Source of the DNA: a virus | Virus record (IMG/VR): IMGVR_UViG_3300037196_000123 | Location: 1 to 40,236 of that record | DNA: 40,236 nt | Strand: one strand, 5' to 3' | Part shown: piece by piece, positions 33,231-38,351 of the stretch | Layout: every line of letters begins with the position of its first letter | How positions within the stretch are numbered: the stretch's first letter is position 1 | Made by a program: the position numbers and the translations under genes | The notes under the pieces: generated by a model | What the model saw: the letters and a program-made list of their open reading frames with translations, nothing else | Databases searched by the model: none | Told to the model about the DNA's origin: nothing

Positions 33231-33733
33231 GGCTTCTCTACTGCAAAGTGACAAGATTCCACCAACTTAATGTCCCATACACTACAAAGGGTGAAAATCT
33301 CGTCACCAACCTTGATGTCTTCCGTGTTGAAAGCTCCGAAAACGACTAAATCTCCCACCTTAACCTGGTCACTCATAGGGAAACTCTTTCCTTCCCATAT
33401 GAATGTGGCCGCTGTAGCTACAACCACACCGCGATTTGGCGACTGCTGAGCAGACTCCGGTATGACAAATCGAGTGCCACCATAGACAGTCTCTTTTGCC
33501 ATTCGTCTAATCAAAACATGATTGAATATCGGCAACGGATCGTCGTACACTCTTTCAACCGTCTGAATTTTCCTACCGGAGTAAAGGCTCTCCAGTTCGT
33601 CCTTGGTGAACTCTGCCGGAGTGATGGCTTCAACAGCCTGATTTTCGGCCGCAGGATCTCCTGGAGCTTGCTGAGTTTCCTTGATTTTCCGACGGTCAAC
33701 AATTTCAAAGGGTCCGTTCTTACTGGTTGACAT
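33227..33733 (-). CDS. GroES/Cpn10-like co-chaperonin with a roughly 70-aa N-terminal extension
   Basis: The ATG at 33733 is preceded by AAGGAG. The C-terminal roughly 95 aa aligns by eye with GroES: FNHVLIRR..E....GG..IPESAQQSPNRGVVVA........VKVGDLVVF......I. Confidence 0.65.
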   Translation of the reverse strand: MSTSKNGPFEIVDRRKIKETQQAPGDPAAENQAVEAITPAEFTKDELESLYSGRKIQTVERVYDDPLPIFNHVLIRRMAKETVYGGTRFVIPESAQQSPNRGVVVATAATFIWEGKSFPMSDQVKVGDLVVFGAFNTEDIKVGDEIFTLCSVWDIKLVESCHFAVEKP

Positions 33734-33786
33734 TATGGTCTCCTTGATTACCCGTTCTGTGTTTCTGTTCGGTAGAAAGCTATCTC

Positions 33787-33844
33787 GACCAGACATGACT
33801 GCACCAGTCAGGACGTGGCAAGACGTGACTCGACTAGACCCGAC
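33787..33844 (-). promoter_or_regulatory. array A: 12 phased GTCNN pentamers on the sense strand
   Basis: Reads GTCGG GTCTA GTCGA GTCAC GTCTT GCCAC GTCCT GACTG GTGCA GTCAT GTCTG GTC from 33844 down to 33787. Confidence 0.9.
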
Positions 33845-33851
33845 AAGGGAA

Positions 33852-33878
33852 AAGGGTCAGGTGATAAGCCTGACCCTT
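33852..33878 (-). terminator. intrinsic terminator after the major capsid gene
   Basis: AAGGGUCAGG - CUUAUCA - CCUGACCCUU (10 bp), followed by UUCCCUUGU. It starts 8 nt after the capsid stop codon. Confidence 0.6.
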
Positions 33879-33885
33879 CTCACAG

Positions 33886-35229
33886 TTAGATGGTGGGCTG
33901 AGACGCACCGTACACGAAGAGCTGGTGCTTAGGTGCGCTGCAGGCGAGGTTGAACGCTGCCTCATAGGCGAACTGGAATGCAGTCAACCAATCGTTGCTG
34001 GTACCAGGAACAGGGATGGAAGTCACGCCATCTCCGTACTGGTACAGCTGGAGAGGAATGAGCTCTCCAAGGTACCACTCATTCGTCAGGAGGAGGTCCA
34101 AGCGACCAGAAGGCTGAGCGTAGGAGAGGTGAGATTCGCGGCCACCGAAGGTACCCTGGAAATACTTGCGAGAAGTATCCGGAGTCTTCTTGTTGCCACC
34201 ACCACCCTCGTCAGAATTCTGGGTGATCTGCTTGTTGTAGTAGTTCGTGGTGCCGATGGCGACCGCCTGGTCCTCAGGAATGATGTAGATACCCGAGTCC
34301 TTGCTCTTGTTGTCTCCGCCCATCGCACGACCAAGCAATGCCTCGACGCGCAGTGAGAGAGAAGCTGTAATCGATCCACCGTTCAGGTTGATCGAAGGAG
34401 CAGTCACGCGGTTCGGATAGTCAGCGCGGTTGACACCAGCGATGGTACCAGTCGTGGAAGAGCTATTCCAGGCAGTGGTTCCGAAGACGCCCTGGTTGAG
34501 TGCGCCTGTGGATCCGGCAATCATGATGTAGTCGCCAACTGCAGTTGCGCCACCCAAGGAGGGTAGGGCAGTGCTGAAGAACACCGTGCTCGAGGCCGGA
34601 TCGGTCACAGAAACAGTCGCATTGCCACGACTGGATCCGCCTTCCGAGGGGAAGATCTGAACGATCTGGTTGTCGGTCAGGGCCATTGCGCGGATGCCAG
34701 TGATGTAGCTGGTGGCGTTACCCGAACCAGAACCGCTGGAAACCGTCGCGCCGGTGGGAATCTGGGTGATTGCACCCGAGCTATCCCCGTACATGATGCC
34801 CTCGAGGCCAGCCATTGCGGAGTCAAGAGAGTTCTTGAGCTCTTCGGCCTTCAGAGAGATGAGACCTCTCTTCTTATTGCCGGTGGCCGCCTGAGCGATG
34901 CGGGTCTGTTGGTTCGTGGCGTAGTGATACACAGGAGACAGAACGAAGTCAGCCCACTGCGATGCGTTACCAGATCCAAGGGAGTCACCGTTGCCAGTTC
35001 CCTGACCAATCGCGGATCCACCCTGGACACGGAACGGTACACGGAAAGAAGGCCGCGTGGTTCCTGATACCGAAGTACCAGCAAGAGTTGTGTGAGAAAT
35101 AGGAATGCTCGTAAAGCGATCCTTCGCCAACGAGAACAGAGTCGAACTCTGTGGAATAAGAGAGGGAATGGAGGTCGCGAACGATTCAAGTTCAACGGCC
35201 TGTACAGCAGATTCTGCGCCGACTGCCAT
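33886..35229 (-). CDS. major capsid protein
   Basis: 447-aa ORF directly after the scaffold region and followed by a strong terminator. GGGAGA SD. Call rests on size and position. I cannot verify the fold. Confidence 0.7.
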   Translation of the reverse strand: MAVGAESAVQAVELESFATSIPSLIPQSSTLFSLAKDRFTSIPISHTTLAGTSVSGTTRPSFRVPFRVQGGSAIGQGTGNGDSLGSGNASQWADFVLSPVYHYATNQQTRIAQAATGNKKRGLISLKAEELKNSLDSAMAGLEGIMYGDSSGAITQIPTGATVSSGSGSGNATSYITGIRAMALTDNQIVQIFPSEGGSSRGNATVSVTDPASSTVFFSTALPSLGGATAVGDYIMIAGSTGALNQGVFGTTAWNSSSTTGTIAGVNRADYPNRVTAPSINLNGGSITASLSLRVEALLGRAMGGDNKSKDSGIYIIPEDQAVAIGTTNYYNKQITQNSDEGGGGNKKTPDTSRKYFQGTFGGRESHLSYAQPSGRLDLLLTNEWYLGELIPLQLYQYGDGVTSIPVPGTSNDWLTAFQFAYEAAFNLACSAPKHQLFVYGASQPTI

Positions 35230-35352
35230 GGTGTGATTCTCCCGGAGCTAAACGAGCCTCGTGTGAACGTGTGTAAATGGGTCTCAACGTCACATCTACA
35301 ACAGGAGAACATTTTCAGTGGCAATTCAGGACTCTGCTACCAGTAATGTTGA

Positions 35353-35493
35353 CTAATTAAGTCTCACTGGAGGTTTTGCACCCTCAGAACTGTTTCCTTG
35401 AATGTTCTTCAGCAACAACTTCTTACCTTTTCTAATTACTAGCTTATCACCCTTTTTCGATTTTGAATAGTTGTACCCTTCTTCTTTCAACAT
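35353..35493 (-). CDS. 46-aa basic micro-protein (tentative)
   Basis: MLKEEGYNYSKSKKGDKLVIRKGKKLLLKNIQGNSSEGAKPPVRLN. Weak SD. Its ATG lies inside the 3' strand of an 8-bp stem. Confidence 0.25.
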   Translation of the reverse strand: MLKEEGYNYSKSKKGDKLVIRKGKKLLLKNIQGNSSEGAKPPVRLN

Positions 35494-35544
35494 CGATAGT
35501 TGTCTCGTAAAGTTTGCACGAACGAAAATTGAAATGGATGTTGA

Positions 35545-35617
35545 CGCTCTACCAGCTGAGCTACATGATTTTCATCATGACGGGACTCGAACCCGTGACC
35601 TTCTGTACCCAGACAGA
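35545..35617 (-). ncRNA. circularly permuted tRNA-shaped element: anticodon-arm-like hairpin, variable loop, T-arm, GAAA-capped acceptor stem, D-arm
   Basis: Minus strand reads UCUGU CUGGGU ACAGA AGGUC ACGGG UUCGAGU CCCGU CAUGAU GAAA AUCAUG UA GCUC AGCUGGUA GAGC G. Canonical U8, A14, G15-C48, G18G19, G26-A44, G53-C61 and T54-A58 equivalents are all present. No encoded CCA and no free acceptor end. Confidence 0.7.
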
Positions 35618-35653
35618 TAACCCACTTCTAGCGGCTCGTGCTTCCATTCAATA

Positions 35654-36040
35654 CTACTGAGTTCCCTTACGTTCCACCATTCTGCTGGTAGGTTCCGTGA
35701 ATCCGACATCCGGAGAATTAAGGAAATCCACTTTCTCCTTTATTGTACCAGGCCAGCGAACCTGCGGATTAGAGAACCAAACTTTGTTGGGATCCCAAGT
35801 GATAAATCTGCCACTCTTGAGATAACCTTGTCCTCTGATAAGCATAAGATCTGCTTTATGATAGTGAAAATCCAGTTCACTATCGAGAGGACGACGATGA
35901 AACCACTGCAGATAAAGTTCTCTGATTAGACCTCTAAGTTTCGGAGGTTTGACCCTCTGGTTCTGACGATCCCAGTACTCGTCATACGAAATGGTTTTAT
36001 CCAAGTTGTTTCTTCTTCCACTTGCATTTTGTTTGAACAT
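35654..36040 (-). CDS. hypothetical head-module protein sharing a C-terminal motif with the scaffold protein
   Basis: AAGGAG SD. LDSELDFHYHKADLMLIRGQGYLKSGRFITW compares with EDSAIDWTRPRAEIMFIEGRGYLKGSGRYVQW in the scaffold protein. Confidence 0.6.
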   Translation of the reverse strand: MFKQNASGRRNNLDKTISYDEYWDRQNQRVKPPKLRGLIRELYLQWFHRRPLDSELDFHYHKADLMLIRGQGYLKSGRFITWDPNKVWFSNPQVRWPGTIKEKVDFLNSPDVGFTEPTSRMVERKGTQ

Positions 36041-36055
36041 GATGGTCTCCTTGAC

Positions 36056-37369
36056 TTACTGAACTGCCGGCTTCACCCATTGAACATATCTTCCCGATCC
36101 CTTCAGGTATCCGCGTCCCTCGATGAACATGATTTCGGCCCTGGGACGGGTCCAATCAATGGCGGAGTCTTCTGGTTTCTGACTGACGTAGATCGGTCCG
36201 CCACCAACAGCAGTCTTAGGAGATCCAGCCTTGACTACACCAGTCCCCTGCTGTTGACCAGGAATGGTTCCCTTCGGTGCACCATAGATGTTCTTGGCGA
36301 CTTCGAAAGCCTTGGCTGCCATCCGACGATTGAACTCCCCAGCAGTGTAGGCAGCGATACTGTCAGCAGACCGCTTGGGATTGTCGTAACGGAGTTTGAC
36401 TTGACGCATGTAGTTCTGGTCTGCCTTCATTTCTGCAACGACAGCACTCTGCAAACTACTCTTGTAGTGCTCCTTCTGCGTGTCGTTCAGCTTGTAGGCT
36501 TTGGCATACTTGTCGACAATCGGAGTGGTACCAGTCTCGATCTGTTTGTTCACCCGTTCGTTGACTCCAGTGGTGAACAAATTTTCTTTCTCCTGATTGA
36601 ATGCTTCACGATCTTTGGCCAGACGCTCAGCACCGGGATCCTTCTGGCTTCTCGTCTGACGAAGCTGCTGGACATTCTGAGACTGACCGGCAAGCCAGTT
36701 ATATGCTTCGATTGCTAACTGCTTGGCCTGAGCAGGATCGGTAGCATTGGCGATCTTCGCCAAATGATCACCAAGTCCAGCACCTACCAGCATGTTGACT
36801 GCATACGGAGCGATGGCTGCCTGTAGTGCCTGAGGATTCGATGCTCCCAGTTTCTCTAGATAAGGAGTGACGAGCGCAGCTGCTCCTTCGGGGAAGTCCT
36901 TGAAGAAACCATCTAGAACCTCCGGATTGCCTTGCTCAAGATTCAGCTCCTGTGTATCGAAGTCGGAGATTCTCTGCTGCAGGGTTGCTGCACCTTCAGA
37001 TCCACCGATGGCCTCGATGAGTTGCTTCGCTTGTGTGGCCTCCGCCGGTGTGGGAAAAGCACTCTTGTAAGCAGACTCAACACGGAAGTGTGAATCAGCC
37101 ATCTGCTTCAGGATCTTGGCGTCTTCGGGATGCTCCTGAGACAAGCGATTGACTGCCTCACGGATTTGCTTGCCGGATAGAGGACTGACTTTGTCACCAC
37201 CACCACCAGATCCGGTATCTACTCCGGAGTCTACCCCACTTTCGGAAACGTCTGTACCCTCTCCGGTATCGACCTCCGTTGATTCAGTTGTAGATGTATC
37301 AACGGATTCAGACCCAGTGTCAAGACTACCCGGATCGATGGAACCTAGATCAACTGCTGATGTTGCCAT
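36056..37369 (-). CDS. putative scaffolding protein
   Basis: 437 aa with an acidic Ser/Thr/Asp/Gly-rich N-terminus and a long helical Ala/Gln/Lys-rich body. It lies between the portal and capsid genes. Confidence 0.55.
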   Translation of the reverse strand: MATSAVDLGSIDPGSLDTGSESVDTSTTESTEVDTGEGTDVSESGVDSGVDTGSGGGGDKVSPLSGKQIREAVNRLSQEHPEDAKILKQMADSHFRVESAYKSAFPTPAEATQAKQLIEAIGGSEGAATLQQRISDFDTQELNLEQGNPEVLDGFFKDFPEGAAALVTPYLEKLGASNPQALQAAIAPYAVNMLVGAGLGDHLAKIANATDPAQAKQLAIEAYNWLAGQSQNVQQLRQTRSQKDPGAERLAKDREAFNQEKENLFTTGVNERVNKQIETGTTPIVDKYAKAYKLNDTQKEHYKSSLQSAVVAEMKADQNYMRQVKLRYDNPKRSADSIAAYTAGEFNRRMAAKAFEVAKNIYGAPKGTIPGQQQGTGVVKAGSPKTAVGGGPIYVSQKPEDSAIDWTRPRAEIMFIEGRGYLKGSGRYVQWVKPAVQ

Positions 37370-37391
37370 TGTGTGGTCTCCCTCTTAACTG

Positions 37392-37589
37392 TTATTTCCC
37401 AATATCAGGATACTTCTGGTGAACTGCTGCACGGACCTTGGCCTTCTCTGCTGGAGATCCAAACTGTGATACTCGGGATAAGGCATTGGCCGCATGACTA
37501 CGATCCGGAATCGGGTATTTCCGACCCTTGCGGATCGCGAAGACTGCCGATGGAAGAGAGCTCCGTTCTCCACTGGTTAGCTTTGCCAT
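37392..37589 (-). CDS. small conserved head-module protein (FA..RKYPI.D..HA.NAL.RV.Q motif)
   Basis: MAKLTSGERSSLPSAVFAIRKGRKYPIPDRSHAANALSRVSQFGSPAEKAKVRAAVHQKYPDIGK. I have seen this motif type near phage scaffold/protease genes, but I cannot verify the family name. Confidence 0.6.
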   Translation of the reverse strand: MAKLTSGERSSLPSAVFAIRKGRKYPIPDRSHAANALSRVSQFGSPAEKAKVRAAVHQKYPDIGK

Positions 37590-37590
37590 G

Positions 37591-37725
37591 TCAACCTCTC
37601 TTGATGATCTTATGAAGACCCTTGAGGACTTCTTCGGGAGAACCTTTTGCCTTGATCTTCACTTTCATCTCGGCTGGTCCTGGTTCCTTCTTGCGAATTG
37701 CGAAGATTGCGCTCTTGTCTGACAT
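37591..37725 (-). CDS. 44-aa micro-protein
   Basis: MSDKSAIFAIRKKEPGPAEMKVKIKAKGSPEEVLKGLHKIIKRG. GGAG lies upstream. It shares SA(I/V)FAIRK with the next ORF. It is below the track cutoff. Confidence 0.45.
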   Translation of the reverse strand: MSDKSAIFAIRKKEPGPAEMKVKIKAKGSPEEVLKGLHKIIKRG

Positions 37726-37736
37726 GATCAGTTCTC

Positions 37737-38351
37737 CTAACTTCCGCCGAAGGCAGCCTCTTCAACATCACCGAACACAGGAACAACCTCGTGATGGTCC
37801 CCATCCCAGTAGATTTCAGCAATTCCACCGGGTTTCACTGAATCACCAAACTCTGGCTCGATGTTGTGAGCACCTTCAGTCAGGTTTACCAGCGCAGTGA
37901 CATTGCTGGTGTGAGCTACATATAGTGTAACTCCCACCTTCCTGGCCTGAACCAGTGCTGCTCCCCAGAAAGCAAATTGACGATCCTCGAAATCAGAGAG
38001 ACATTCACCTTCAGGGATGCAAACATCAGGACTGTGAACAAACAACCTTAAAGCCTCGTTATGCAAGGATTTGTCTAATCCTGTGAAGACTCCGAGTCTC
38101 CAAGGGAAGAGTCCTCTTGACTGATACACAAAGTTCTTTTGGCAGCAGATATCTGCCGTCACGAACGCTCTGAGTAAGGGTGAGGATATCACCTGCTTAA
38201 TCTGGTATCTCTTCAAAAACTCATTCGCAGCAGCAGCTTGTTTCTTACCCTTGGCATTCAGAGGAGGATCGCTCCACGAACGGAACTTGTTATCCGCATT
38301 GACTGCGGTTTCTCCGTGCCGGAGGACAATTCCAACAAGTTTCTTGGCCAT
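37737..38351 (-). CDS. histidine phosphatase superfamily (PGAM-like) protein
   Basis: RHG motif VLRHGETAVN, then SSPLLRAFVTA, GECLSDFEDR and YVAHTSNV. Together these supply the catalytic R-H-R-E-H set. TAATG coupling to the portal stop. Confidence 0.75.
   Translation of the reverse strand: MAKKLVGIVLRHGETAVNADNKFRSWSDPPLNAKGKKQAAAANEFLKRYQIKQVISSPLLRAFVTADICCQKNFVYQSRGLFPWRLGVFTGLDKSLHNEALRLFVHSPDVCIPEGECLSDFEDRQFAFWGAALVQARKVGVTLYVAHTSNVTALVNLTEGAHNIEPEFGDSVKPGGIAEIYWDGDHHEVVPVFGDVEEAAFGGS

Noticed and set aside
35545-35617. A conventional tRNA gene, a two-piece tmRNA, or an attP tRNA fragment
   Set aside because: The T-arm and 3' acceptor strand lie upstream of the 5' acceptor strand and D-arm, so no linear cloverleaf exists. 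The D-arm is canonical tRNA-like, which tmRNA lacks, and no tag ORF ending in a hydrophobic tail follows. An attP relic would explain only the 3' part, would not explain the complementary GAAA-capped acceptor helix, and no integrase is present.
36029-36718. 229-aa plus-strand ORF
   Set aside because: It is antisense to the scaffold gene, and its low-complexity Leu/Ser/Val composition is typical of a shadow ORF.
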